DNA of 61,757 nucleotides, filler included, from Blastocystis sp. subtype 4 (Eukaryota), in NCBI RefSeq assembly GCF_000743755.1. It is 8 parts of 8 records of this genome, joined end to end, with 100 filler letters (N's around TTAATTAATTAA, not from the genome) between each part and the next. Parts side by side here need not be neighbours in the genome. Positions count along the whole stretch, not along the records: positions 1 to 7,672 come from NW_014569158.1; positions 7,773 to 15,489 come from NW_014569157.1; 6 more parts are not named here. One strand, written 5' to 3'. The number at the start of each line of letters is the position of its first letter. Position 1 is the first letter of the stretch. The position numbers and the translations under genes were made by a program. Below are positions 1 through 12,394 of the stretch, piece after piece. Below the pieces are notes generated by a model that worked only from the letters and a program-made list of their open reading frames with translations, had not been told where the DNA came from and ran no database searches.

Positions 1-117
1 CAAATCTCGGTGGGACCTTTCTTTTCTCCATTCACGATTGTCCTTTTCTCAAAACTGAAAGATGCAAGCAGTGAAGAAGATCATTAGTGTTGAGTTTGAA
101 GTTTTAAGAAATGATCC

Positions 118-1400
118 TCACAGATGCGAATCCAAACAAGAAGAGTATACTAAATGATACATATTTAACACAAATTTAATGCGACGGAGTAATGGACTGA
201 TTGAACAAATGTAGAGATGACGACGTTCTCCTTCTTCTAATATCGATAGTAAATTCATTAAATATTGAAGAATAGCAGGAATGTAACGATGACCTCGTTT
301 GTTCTATATGTAAGAATTAATGATTCATTCGCACTCGATAATCCCATTCCAAAACTTTACATAATGATATAAGGAACTTCAAGATAGATGGACTCTCATT
401 TAGAAGACTGATAACAACATCAGGATCAGAATCTGTTCTCATCATGAACATGAAAGTACTATTATATAAATCCATATGACTGTGATCTCCATTTTCTCGT
501 TTCCACAAACTTAAATCAGCAATCAAGCAAAGAACCGTCATCATGTTTGTATCCTTTTCCTCAAGACATTGAATGATTTCATTATTGTCTGTTGTAGGAC
601 ATTCTAAACAGACACCTGTTGTACAGAGAAATGATGGACTTCGACATTCCCATGCTATTTGGTAACAGGTGAGAATATACCAAGCCTTATTCTTTTCTTG
701 ATTCGATCGGAGTAATGCTCGGAACTGAATAGATCTCTCATGAATATAATTGGATATCCAGAATAGTGCTTTATAATAGTAATCCTTCTGAGTACAACTG
801 TCCATGTGCTTCAAGATATACCCTGTAAGGAGAGACACTAAGCTATCTGTTGCTTCTTTCTTATTCTCAGCAAGTACTCGAATAATTCGTTCAATTCCGT
901 GACAATTACATACTTGAGCGTCAACTGTGAGGAGTCTCATCAATAGCACATTCAAGTGAGAAAAAGACCATGGTGGAAGAGGATTTTGATTTCGTAGGAT
1001 TCGAATGAGGAAATGACATTCCCAATCATCTACATGAAAATAGAGAAATTGGAATACTATGAGGACATATCCGGGTAAGGATTGAAGATAAGACTAGTTC
1101 GGCAACTTCTGGTTCTGCCACTTTCACATACTCGAGAAATATATTCTCGATAAGATGTAATTCCATTTTATTTAGCTGTGGAGTCTTCCAATATGCGGAA
1201 ATCAAAGGTTCCATCCAAGCATTACCATGCAAGCTAGAGGCCCCCTCTTTGGTAGTTATGGACATGCGAATAGATGATAATATGAGCAATCGTCCTTTCA
1301 AGTCATTGTTTACCTATGATAGTCAAACCATCATAAAACAAACCAAAAACTGCTGTATTTTATCCTCAATCGTTCGATTATCCCCTTGATTTGGTTCCAT
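118..1400 (-). CDS. Multi-exon protein with possible Lines (LINS1)-like C-terminal region
   Basis: ORFs 1026-1301 and 317-955 joined by short introns. The last exon, after a 31-nt intron, reads NKRGHRYIPAILQYLMNLLSILEEGERRHLYICSISPLLRRI. This and DSDPDVVISLLNESPSILKFL resemble the Lines C-terminal motifs by eye. Ends approximate. Confidence 0.4.
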
Positions 1401-1540
1401 CAATCTCAATAGGAAAACAGTATTCGATCAGCAACACCTGTTAACAATTCTTTCTCATGGTGCAACACTTCCATATACCTTCCTATGTCACTATTTTTGA
1501 AATGTTTGGATTCTAGTATTTGTTTGCATATTAAGCACAG

Positions 1541-3820
1541 ATGCTCACGAAGATTGTTGGTCGCGGGTATGAACTCTATGCATTATGTATAATATATAGA
1601 GCAACTAGGAATCTCATTCGGTGCTTTTCAACAATTCACGATTATGATGTTGTTGTAATTGGAGGAGGACATGCTGGTCTTGAAGCAGCATCTGTTTCTG
1701 CCAGAATTGGTGTAAAAACAGCCCTCATCACAACCAATTTCTCAACAATTGGAGAAATGTCATGTAATGTATTTATTGTGAATGTATTCTCTTTAATGTA
1801 TAGCCTTCCATGGGTGGAATTGGTAAAGGACACTTGATTCGTGAGATTGACGCTTTGGATGGTTTGATTGGGCGTATGACAGATTTTGGTGGTATTCAAT
1901 TCCGTGTATTGAATGCCTCACGTGGACCGGCTGTATTAATTCGTTATGGTTGTGATTGTAGGTTCATGGACCTCGTGCTCAAGTGGACCGTGATCTGTAC
2001 AAGAAGTTTATGCAGGCAGAAGTGCATAATTATCCCAATCTGACTCTTTTTGAAGATGGTGTTCATGTAAGGTTTCTTAGGATCCTTAAGAGTAGGAATT
2101 TGAGATGGATACAGATAACAAATCTGTAATTGGAGTAATCACTCGAAAAGGTGAACATTTCAAATGTCGTGAAGTTGTTTTGTGTACTGGAACCTTTCTA
2201 AACGGTGTTTGTCATATTGGTCGTTGGAATGTTCCAGCAGGGCGATTCTTCGTATGTATAGTTGTTCTGTTTTAGTCTAGCGTGATACATTGAATGCAGA
2301 TCCACCAACTGTCCATTTAGCTCAATTCCTCCATTCACTGAATCTCCCCATGCAACGTTTTACAACAGGGACTCCTCCTCGTCTTGATAAGAATAGCATC
2401 AATTGGTCGATTCTCCAAGAACAGCCTTCGGATGTAGATCCCACTCCGTTGAGTTTTATGAATATTTATAATAATAACTACATCCCCAATCGTGACCATC
2501 TCCAGATCTGTCACATCACATTTACAAATCAAAGAACCCATGACATTTGCAATACTCATCGAGAGGAACTTCCAAGCTTCACAGGAAATGGAGGTCGTGG
2601 TCAGGGTCCTCGTTACTGCCCTTCAATTGAGAAGAAAGTCCTTCGTTTCCCTGAGAAGAAACGACACATGATCTGGCTAGAACCAGAGGGATTGGAGACT
2701 GATGTGATCTATCCAAATGGATTAGCTACAGCCTATAATGGCGACACACAGTTAGCGATGTTAAGAACAATGGAGGGTCTGGAGAAGGTTCATATGATTC
2801 GTCCTGGTTATGCTGTGGAGTACGACTATGTTGATCCTACTGCTATCCTTCCTTCTTTTAGATTGCGAACTATTCAGAATCTGTATATATTGTTGAAATC
2901 TCTCATGGGTAGCTATTTGGCAGGTCAGATCAATGGAACTACAGGCTATGAAGAGGCTGCAGCTCAAGGTATTGTTGCTGGTATCAATGCGGCATTTGAT
3001 GTGCTTGGAAAGCCTTCAATTCAGTTTGAGCGTTCTCAAGCCTTAATAGGAGTACTGACAGATGATTTGACTCGTGGAGGTTATCGGTAGAAGACGACAT
3101 ATGAATTTAGGTGTAGTACTGATCTGACACGTGAACCCTTCCGAATGTTCACATCAAGATGTGAATATCGTCTCACAGTACGTGCTGTATGGAATGAGAA
3201 GATTCATGAGGAGTAGGATAATGCAGATCTCCGATTAACAGAGTGGGGATATAAGAATGGAATTGTGGGAAAGACTCGTTATGAGGCATTTATGAAGAGA
3301 AAAGAGGAATTGCTAAGGGTACAAATGAACACAATCCAGTTAGTAATAGTGTAATGAATTTTTGAAGTCTTATCGTCTTCATAACACTGAATGGGGAATT
3401 GATGGAGAGAAGAAGTACATTTCGGCATATGATGCGATTGCCTATCCACAAATGAGCATTGAAAAAGTAGAAGAGATTGTGACAAATAAGGAAGGAAATA
3501 CCGTTCTTTCAGGTGGTTCTGGATTTGGATTGTGATTTGTAGAAACGAGTAAGGGAGTCAAGAAAACGGTTGGAATCGAATCTAAATATGCTGCCTATTT
3601 GGATCGACAACAGAAGGATATTGCTTTGTATCAGAAATCGAATGCATTGAAGATTCCTGCGGATTTTGACTTCGAAAGCCTCCCAATATCCCAGGAAGAA
3701 AAGGATAAATTAAGTACAACACATCCAACTTCGATTGAAGAAGTGAAACACATTCTTGGAATTAAACCTTCGACTCTTCTGTTTATCATTAAGACGATTC
3801 GAAAGAGTCATTCGTCGTAA
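1541..3820 (+). CDS. MTO1: tRNA uridine 5-carboxymethylaminomethyl modification enzyme GidA/MnmG, mitochondrial-type
   Basis: [60 protein letters not shown]-terminal presequence-like extension; many ~30-nt introns; TAA at 3818-3820 followed by TGTTTGTT. Confidence 0.95.
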
Positions 3821-3852
3821 CTTTAGTTTGTGTTTGTTGAGAGATCTTTTCT

Positions 3853-6132
3853 ATGTATTTGGAACGAATCGCTGTTTCGGAGTTTGCGAATCGCCTTTCA
3901 AATACTGACGTTAATTCACTAGATGGTGTGTTGTATCTCTTGGGTGAATATGAAGTAGCTTTGAATATGTTAAATTAACCTAACAGGCCCTTTGCGAGTT
4001 GCGAAGAAATGAAATTGATGGATTGGAACATGAAGATAACGAAAACGCGTATGCTGCTGAATATGAATATATAAACGGTGAAGAAAACCTATGGTCCGTT
4101 GTTTGAAATGGCTGGACTCATGTTTAGGTGTCTATTACGAGAGATGGTTAATTTGGTCATTGCAGAGATCAATCAACAAAATGATAAGAAGTATTGTGAT
4201 GAAACAAATTATGTTTGCAATTTTCCTTCTATTTCATTGTAGAAAGGGCTGAATAGCCTTCTTCGTGATCCTGTGTTTCTTTTCTGGTCTTGTGTTCAGT
4301 CTTATCTTCAAGTTTATCTTTTATCCGATTCTGACGTGTAGAAAATGAAACGGAAGACAACAACAATCACCATGTATTCAGAACCGTTACAGGATAGTGA
4401 GATGAGTTTCAGTTCTCTTTTCCAACGGTCTTCGGATCCCACATCTGTCCGTGAAGTACAACTCATTCGTACAATGTATTCAGCCTTACGAACGGGAGCC
4501 TTTGACGACCCCTCAATGGGTACTTCAGAAGACTGGAATACCTTATTTGATAACTACAACAACCTCTGGCGACAATGTTCGCTTCAAGGAGCTGGTGACG
4601 GTTCTACTCGCGAAGTGTTTCGATCTATGTGTCGATCCTTCCGTTCCGACAATCCCACGGAGCGTCTTTTGTATCTCTTACATACTGCTGAGACCCCTGA
4701 TGATCTCGAGATGATCTTCTCACTCCAGGAACAACAGGAAGAGCAATGTCGACAGCTGGATCATCTCTGTGATCAACTCTGGGCATGCACCTTCTGTCTT
4801 CTCTCTCAGTACTCCTTACAGTCACAAGGGAAGCCTCATGGAGAGCTGGAGCCACTGCTACAAGTGACTAGAAGAATTGTATCCTCAATAGGGCGTTTGC
4901 CTTCTCTTCCTTGCAAACTACTCTGTGAACTGATTCTCGGGAATGATCAACAAGCTATGTTACTGTGCGAGAATGATTCAGATCTGGATCATCAGAGGTT
5001 TATCACTCATTTTCTCCTTCTTTTCTCTTCTATCCATTCTCACGTATCTTTGTATGTACTTCCTGAGCATTCTCCTTTCACTTTCATTCATACCCCAGTT
5101 GATATTACATCTTCTCTTCTTCACTATGTCCATTCTCTCACTACTCTCTTGGATGTGATACTATCTGCTTCCAATTATCATTAGGTTGAAGCTTGCATCT
5201 GTTATCTTCCCATTCTCCATGAAGACAATGTGACTCACATTCTATGTCAGTTGTTGCATGCGATACTTGCCCAATGGACTACCTCTCTTGAAGCAGATAA
5301 ATTGCTGGTGAATAAGATTCAAATGATCATGAATGCAACATATCAACAGTCCATTTCTGTTCAGAGTTCTGTTCTTATTTGGATCCATTCTCTTACTAAT
5401 TGTCATTCAATATCACCTAATTATTGGGTCATTTTTTTGGAATTACGATTATTCGTAGATTTCTCTTTCAACTTTCACAATGACCTGCCTTCAAAATTCT
5501 TCAGTTCCTTCTCCATTTCTTTGGAACTGTCTGATTGATCTATTCGATTCCAGCATAACACAAGTGAAATCTGAAGAAGGAATTGGATTGTTGGTGGCTA
5601 TCCAATCTGTTATGAAGGATCGTTCCATTCCTTGTCTTCCTTCAGAACACTGGGATCTCTGCGACTTCTATTCGATGACAGAAGCAGAGATACGTCTGGG
5701 TGTACAGTTGTATCAAACCCTTGGAGATGGAATACAAATGTTAAGAGATAGTACTCGTACTGATGAAATGGCGTCCATTACTAAGGTCGATGTACAAAGA
5801 TGAAGTAATTTGTAGAATCTTTTTGCACAATTGGAAATTGATCGGAATAGTACCGAATTAGTGATTCAGAGTCTTCTTTGTGCATTGATTCGGGAGATCG
5901 ATAATCATATTATGCATTGTATTCAGAAGGCAAATCAAGGTTTGATTTAAACGTTCTATTAATTGTAGATGCAGTTCAATTGAATAATCTACGACTTGAT
6001 ATAATGAAGTCTATTGCATCATGCCATTGTTCTCTTCGGAATCATGTATCACCAGAATTAAGTGATTTCTTTGTAAAGATGACACATCAAGCGTTCATTG
6101 GGATGATGGATAAAACCACATCCAATATTTAG
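3853..6132 (+). CDS. Divergent helical protein, possibly nucleoporin NUP107/Nup84-like
   Basis: Exons in ORFs 4345-5184, 5230-5538, 5480-5803 and 5917-6132. The motif run MYSALRTG...LWRQCSLQG...REVFRSMC...ERLLY resembles Nup107 (LRxG...WRAAxLxG...RxLWKxxC...ERAIY). Confidence 0.45.
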
Positions 6133-6398
6133 TCTTTTTATCTCTTGTTTGTTTTAACAACTTTTAAGAAGTCAGATTGATTGATAGATTTCGTAGCGAT
6201 GAGAAATCTGTGTAGATATATCTTGAAGTGGTAATCTTATTTATTTATTTTTATAAGAATTATTATGACTAGTTTACGAACGCAACAGTGGTAATATAAA
6301 GTACATTTGGGGAAACATAGTAACTTCATGTAACACATTATGAATTAGTGTTCATGCGTCATGTTCATTTTTTTCATTTATTTATTTACTCTTTAGTC

Positions 6399-6939
6399 AT
6401 GCCAATTGGCAAAAAAGACTACTCTACACCTGGAAGCGCAGTACTAAAGCGGTGTATTGCCTGTAGACAGGTGAAACACATTTCGGCTTTTACTAAGACA
6501 GTTCTTAACTACTGTCATTCTATCTGTAATAGCTGCTCATCTAGAAGCCAATGCTATAGTAAAAGTGGGACACATTCTTATTCGTTTATATGTAGTGATT
6601 TACCAGACAAATACCTGGGATAACAAAGAAATTGACAGTCCTAAAGAGACTACTGGTCTTTCGTCAACCTCAATAGATGACATAATCCCACTGGATACAC
6701 CTGTTACAACTTCTATGGAACCCAAATTTGTAGTCCCATACTCCAAATGGATTGTTGTGAAGTGTTTTTCGTGTGATGCAAGTGATTCTGTATACGTCGC
6801 TAGAGTAATACCTGTGTCTCAACGATGAGTTCATCGAAGTACTATATAGCTGCTATAGGATTGCTTTGTTTTCTCTTTTCTTTATATTTGAAAGAACAGT
6901 TTAATCTGTTCATGTTTTATTCTATAGTTTTATACCATG
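6399..6939 (+). CDS. Small hypothetical protein with N-terminal C2-C2 zinc-ribbon-like motif and possible C-terminal hydrophobic segment
   Basis: CIACRQVKHISAFTKTVLNYCHSICNSC in exon 1; continues in ORF 6565-6828; TGTTTGTT at 6944-6951. 3' exon structure uncertain. Confidence 0.4.
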
Positions 6940-7107
6940 TATCTGTTTGTTTCGATTGCGTGCGAGATTGATTGGAAAGAGATTTGGAAGATCTTACTAT
7001 TATTATCATGACTATTTTATTTTAATTATACCATATTTGTATGTTGTACAGATCTTTGAAAACGTGGAAACAGAGGTGAACTTTCATATTCTTTTTTGAT
7101 TTAATAG

Positions 7108-7452
7108 ATGGAGGGAAATATAGATGAGTGGATAGTTCAATGGAACCGTGATCTGTAGACAGTTAGCAAAGGCTTCCGATGATCACTATGTATGGAAGAT
7201 TTTTTACTATGACCCTAATGTATGGATTACATATCCAATAGTATGTAGGATTCGCGCGTTTTCGTTCCCAAGAGATGCAAGTGGCTGGGTTGGACTCTCA
7301 ACTTCGGCAATAAGAAGTCTTGGGGCTGGATTGCAGGAATTACTGCTGCTATAGTTGGAACAGCTATCTATGCTAAGAGGAATGGCAAGAAGATGCACTA
7401 TTCTTTTGATGAGTTGAAGGAAATCTTCTCGAATGCATTTAAGAAGGAATAA
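7108..7452 (+). CDS. DUF5808-like small membrane protein (~95 aa)
   Basis: Introns 7128-7158 and 7220-7248 splice to MEGNIDEQLAKASDDHYVWKIFYYDPNDSRVFVPKRCKWLGWTLNFGNKKSWGWIAGITAAIVGTAIYAKR..., matching the FYYNPxDxRxFVPKRxGxGWTLNF signature followed by a TM helix. Extra upstream exons are possible. Confidence 0.7.
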
Positions 7453-7461
7453 TCCGCAGTT

Positions 7462-7477
7462 TATTTGTTAACAAACA
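7462..7477. terminator. Back-to-back 3'-end motifs of convergent genes (TATTTGTT|AACAAACA)
   Basis: The + motif at 7462-7469 abuts the - motif at 7470-7477. Confidence 0.7.
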
Positions 7478-7481
7478 ATCC

Positions 7482-7672
7482 AGAATCGGAACACATCCTT
7501 CAAGCGATCTTCCATACCCAGATTCTCAATGGACACTGTTGATTTTCTATTCTCTGTAGGTAAGAAAGGACCCACAGGTAACTGAGGTCCAGGTGCTGGT
7601 TCAGAAGTGGTATCTATTCCAGTGATTGATCTACATTTCATCATATTCGTTCATATCTACTTATAGAATCGT
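7482..7672 (-). CDS. 3' fragment of an unknown gene, cut by the contig end
   Basis: Open last exon ...SIENLGMEDRLKDVFRF, then T + 4 nt + TGTTTGTT (forward AACAAACA at 7470-7477). Confidence 0.45.
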
Positions 7673-7772
7673 NNNNNNNNNNNNNNNNNNNNNNNNNNNN
7701 NNNNNNNNNNNNNNNNTTAATTAATTAANNNNNNNNNNNNNNNNNNNNNNNNNNNNNNNNNNNNNNNNNNNN
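7673..7772. other. Artificial contig spacer
   Basis: 44 N + TTAATTAATTAA (stops in all six frames) + 44 N. Confidence 0.99.
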
Positions 7773-8441
7773 GCTTCTGTTCAATGGCATTATTGAAGTC
7801 AGATCCGAAGGCCAGATGAGTAATTGACACATCATCCAACTTGATGTGATACTTCTCAGCACGCTCCTCCAGAAGTTCACTGATACGCTCAGATACCTTC
7901 TCTCGTTCTGTTAACAACTGTTCGGCGTTGTATTGAGCTACCACTGCCTTCATGATCTCGTTACCCAGAGAAGGAAGCACACGATCACGATAATCAGGAC
8001 CCACTTCACGGTGAATTGTCGACAGATGATCCAAATCAGGATGTGTCAACACTCGAAGAGAAATGCCCACTGTCTGCAAATCCTTTGTACCAGTCTCTGT
8101 AGAAATCTCACGAGGAGTGGTACGAATATCATAAATATAAGGGTACTAAATACTTCACCAAACCAACCATTTCCTACCTGAATCAGAGGAATTCGGAAAT
8201 GAGTTCCCTCAGCAACTGTTTTAGGCAACACTCCACGGAAACGATCAAAGATGACGGCTCGTTCGCCTCCATCAACTACAATCATTACATTTCCAATATG
8301 GTCAAAGCCTACCATCGTAAATACACTGATCGAAACAGACCAAACCGGCTCCAATACCAATGGACCATTTCGCCACCTTTGTTAACTAGGATTCATTATA
8401 GAACATCTAAACAATCCTACCATACGAGCAGCTTCTGCCAT
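7773..8441 (-). CDS. PHB1: Prohibitin 1 (3' end truncated)
   Basis: [62 protein letters not shown]. Confidence 0.93.
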
Positions 8442-8559
8442 GATAAAAATAAAGGACTATATGAAGAAAACGGTGGAAACGATACCAGAAAAAGTCTCGA
8501 TTCTATGACCTCTTTTTGTGACAACAAAAAAAATAGCATATTCGATACTAGGAAACTCC

Positions 8560-9960
8560 TTAGGGATAGTAGCACATCCGTAGAATGCATGGACGCTTTG
8601 TTGTCTTAATCCTATTGATAAGAATATCATTATCATATCCCTGGAGAGATCGACCCCCAATGGATACTAGGATGTGATTAGGTGCGATGTTAGGATGGAT
8701 CTGTTTTTTCTTCTCAAGGCTCTATTCTTAAGTCCAGAAAGCAGAGAGTACTTTTACTCGAAGAATGGTCCTTCCATCCCTATCTTCATCTGTCTCAACG
8801 GTTAGATACAGCTGCTGACGATTGCACTGAATGTCATAGTATACGGGTTTGGGGTCAAATGAACACGGGTAGTGCATCAAAGGCACATCAAAACACTCCA
8901 GTGGAGTCTTGAGACAACTGAGATGATGATTGGTGAGACAGTGGAAGTAGGCATTTCTCTTGATTTCGACTCCTGTCACATCCCCAGTACAGTAGAAGAT
9001 AGAATAGCGCATTAGACCTCTAATATCATAATGAAAAATGAAAGGGGAACGCTATTATGAACGAATCTCTATCATCCACTTCTGTGTCGATGGAAGACGA
9101 ACTAGGAGGAGCAAATAATGGTTTGGTGAAGAAGGATAATAAGGAAGGAGTACACTCAGGAGTAATCCGCAATACTGTTGCAATATCCAGAGTTACATGT
9201 GCAGAATAGTCAATAGCGATACGAACTGGATTTGTTGGTGTAACGACAGTAGTTAAAAGGGTTTCAGCAGGAAGCAGACTGCGAATGATCGTGAAGAGAT
9301 CTCCCTAGTTGTAAGAAAAGTTGAAATTCTCAACTCCTGCCTCAGTTCTACATAGGAATGTGAGTAAATGACGGAGAATAGCGAGTGAAGCAAGATTCCC
9401 TCGACTGAAGACTTGAATCTGAGAATTATACATCCATTTCATATCAACTTTATTCAACAATTGCCTTCTTAATTGGGGTAGATCAATAACCGATTGTCCA
9501 TTGACACTCACTTCTTCTCGTTGGAGATCCTTATAGATTTGTTTTCTGCAAATATCGGTATTTGAGATGTTCTCCGTTTCGACTCCATACAACTCGTCAC
9601 ATATCTTCCTTAGTGTGTGATACAGAAGTGGCAGTTGAACGGCTCGTGCTATTTTCGTTTTAATTTCCTCATAGCTGGAGGGATCCACAGCGATTCGGAG
9701 ATGATTTCCTCCATAATCGATTTGCGTAAACGGTTGAAGCAAACCTTCATGAAGCAAACTGTTTGAGGGAAGGTTTATATCATCAAACACCAATATATTC
9801 TACGGTGAAGCAATGGAAATAACCAAACATCCACTGAATAAGCGTCATCACGACTCTTAATGCGACGCTTTGGGTTGGGTTTCAATAAGGGTGTCCCTAA
9901 ATCATTATCCTGAGACTGTAGGCGTCTTGTTAGTGAAGGAAAACAACCTCGATGACTCAT
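8560..9960 (-). CDS. Hypothetical protein with possible PDZ-like C-terminus
   Basis: ORFs 9775-9960, 9305-9793 and 8728-9012 linked by short introns; last exon ...HILVSIWGRSLQGYDNDILINRIKTTKRPCILRMCYYP*. Confidence 0.5.
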
Positions 9961-10063
9961 GGAAATGGCTATGTATCTTCAGAGTGTAGGATATACAAAT
10001 ATCCCTAGATCGACCATAGGATAGATTACGTTGTTTTTCTGTTCCCATAATAATCCTCATCAA

Positions 10064-10900
10064 ATGGAAGAAGCACACCTTTCCCTTGCCGAAAAGATAT
10101 CTCAAGGTGTGTGTCTTGATTCACTCCCCTATGTGGATACGGAAGTTTGTGTAGTGAAGAAATGGTGATGTGTAGTATGAGGAGCCAGGGATGCAGGAAT
10201 TGGTAGATAATATGATCCAAGAAGTAATAATATAACGAGTTTGTATTATTCCTTCGTAGGAAATGAAAACGTTCCGTCCACGGAATTACTTGGAAGAATG
10301 GCCGATGCCTGCTGTTAAATTTGAAGATGACCTTGCTCTCCAAGTACGTTTCCATTTCTGCGTTTGTAAGACACTAGCAAGAATGGGAGCGAGTTCGAAT
10401 GAAGCAACCGTTGAAAGGATTTGATGTGAACCGATATACATTAGAGGAGCCATCAGGTGATGCTGTGAGTGATGAAGCTGCTTGGAAGAATAGTGTCGAT
10501 GTAGCTCGACTGCAATTAGAATACCAGAAAGAAAAGTGCGTGATTGGAGATGAAATGAAAGGTAGATTAGAGAACTTGCAGCTTTTAGAGAAGTTTGGGA
10601 GCAACGCTTGGAGAATTCACAATGATGATTTAGAAGGGATGATAGAACTGTAGGACCATGTAGAGTATATGATCTATAGCATGGACCGTGAATTGGGTTC
10701 TCTTCAGGAGAAAACAGAGATAATTAATCGAAAACGTAAACAGACACAGGAAGAAAGTTCAGAGAAGTTATTTACTACACAGTGGCAAGCTTTGGAATTG
10801 CAAATGAAGAATTATCAAATTGAGGTAAGGGTATGAGACTGAAGTGATGTGTAGAGGTCATGTGAAGCAATGGAAAAGAAAGTGAAAGTAGATGCTGCTT
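10064..10900 (+). CDS. BCAS2: Pre-mRNA splicing factor SPF27/BCAS2
   Basis: LDSLPYVD, RYTLEEP, AW...ARLQLEYQ...LENLQLLEKFGSNAWRIHNDDLE, INRKRKQTQ. The stop is predicted to be completed by poly(A) at T10900. Confidence 0.9.
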
Positions 10901-10945
10901 TCTCTGTTTGTTAAAAAAGAATTCCAATTTAGAGGAGTAAAATAA

Positions 10946-12012
10946 CTAATTCTTCTTGGTCTGATTAGCGACCTTGTTGATCTTAGCACGAATGGCATCC
11001 TGATCACCCAGATAATGTCCACGAAGAGGAGCAATGGCATCCGGATGAGGAATCACATTACCCTGTTCATCGAAGTCATATACCAAAGGACAAGCTGTTG
11101 GAATATTGAGTCCAGTAATATCCTTTTCACTAATATGATCCAAGTACATAACGAGAGCACGAAGCGAATTACCATGAGCAGAGATGATAAGACGTTCGCC
11201 TTTCATCACTCTAGGGAAGATTTCCTCCTTCCAATAAGGAAGGAAACGATCAGCAGTCGTCTTGAGAGATTCAGTCAAAGGAAGCTGTTCCTTCGGAATA
11301 TCAGCATAGCGACGATCATTTCCAGGATAATACTCGGATTCCGGAGTTACAGGTGGAGGAGGAATATCGTAGCTACGTCTCCAGATCATCACCTACACAA
11401 GATAAGAACAGAGATTCATGCTTCAAACACCACAAAACACTCAAACATGTATCACACCAATTACTATGAATCCAAAGAAACACTCATTGCCTCAGTAAAG
11501 TTTGTCTTCACAGATGGAAATCACCATCAGACTAACATGCAAATAAAATCATCGGCAATAAAAAACAGTCAGTTACCTACCTGCTCAATTCCATGCTCAT
11601 TGACAGTTTCCTGTTTGTTAAGTCCAGTAAGAGCTCCATAATGACGTTCGTTGAGTCTCCATGACTTGGTGACAGGAATCCACAACTGATCAGATTCCTC
11701 CAGAGTAAGGAACAACGTTTTAATAGCACGCTTCAGACAAGAGGTATAAGCAGCATCAAACTGGAGTCCTTCCGCTTTGATGAGTTTTCCTCCATTTCTC
11801 GCCTCTTCCACACCTATTTATCATTCGATCTGTATACAAATACCCTTATCCGAAAGAGGAACATCATACCATCCAGTGAAACGGTTTTCCTTATTCCACT
11901 GAGATTCACCATGGCGAACAAGGACCAGTCTATTGAAAGGCTTAACAGAAGTGGCCATTCCTCTAGTTGCAATCGAAGCCGATGACATTAAAAATCTTGA
12001 AGCAGCAAGCAT
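10946..12012 (-). CDS. PGAM: 2,3-BPG-dependent phosphoglycerate mutase with N-terminal mitochondrial-type presequence
   Basis: [62 protein letters not shown]; presequence [24 protein letters not shown]; unusually long intron at 11393-11580. Confidence 0.95.
11486..11559 (-). ncRNA. Candidate intronic box C/D snoRNA
   Basis: In the 188-nt PGAM intron: terminal inverted repeat ATTGCC/GGCAAT, C-like box (C)GATGA next to the 5' arm, internal CTGA (D') and terminal CTGA (D) next to the 3' arm. Confidence 0.7.
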
Positions 12013-12394
12013 GGCCTGGCAAAGAAAATGTGTGGTATCAAAATGAGGGTTCGGAAGTGGTAATCCGCGGGAATTTAAATAATCATAGATTCGATAATAG
12101 AGCCGAACGAAGGTCTCTATAGATGCGAAACGGTTTAGCACAAAAGATAGATGGGGCAGATATTGCTGAAAGAACGAAGAGAGTTCAGTTGTCATTTGTG
12201 TTTATGTCTCAAAGGAGATTCCTTCTCACTTCTTTGATTCCAGCTTTCAAAATGGTTCGTAAAAACATGTTCCGTTGAATCTAACCATGATAACCGAACC
12301 AGTCTACAGTCCGCCAAAATATGTATATTCCCGCGGTATTTGCTTGCTGTTCTGTTGAGACCGTTGAAGAAATCAATATTTATTTTAACTAGAA

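Noticed and set aside
1541..3820. Fragmented ORFs suggesting pseudogenes, programmed frameshifts or a variant genetic code
   Set aside because: Breaks are resolved by ~30-nt GT-AG introns under the standard code.
7717..7728. TTAATTAATTAA palindrome recurring every ~7.7 kb, and ORFs ending in 'LIN'
   Set aside because: Embedded in identical N runs; an artificial six-frame-stop linker.
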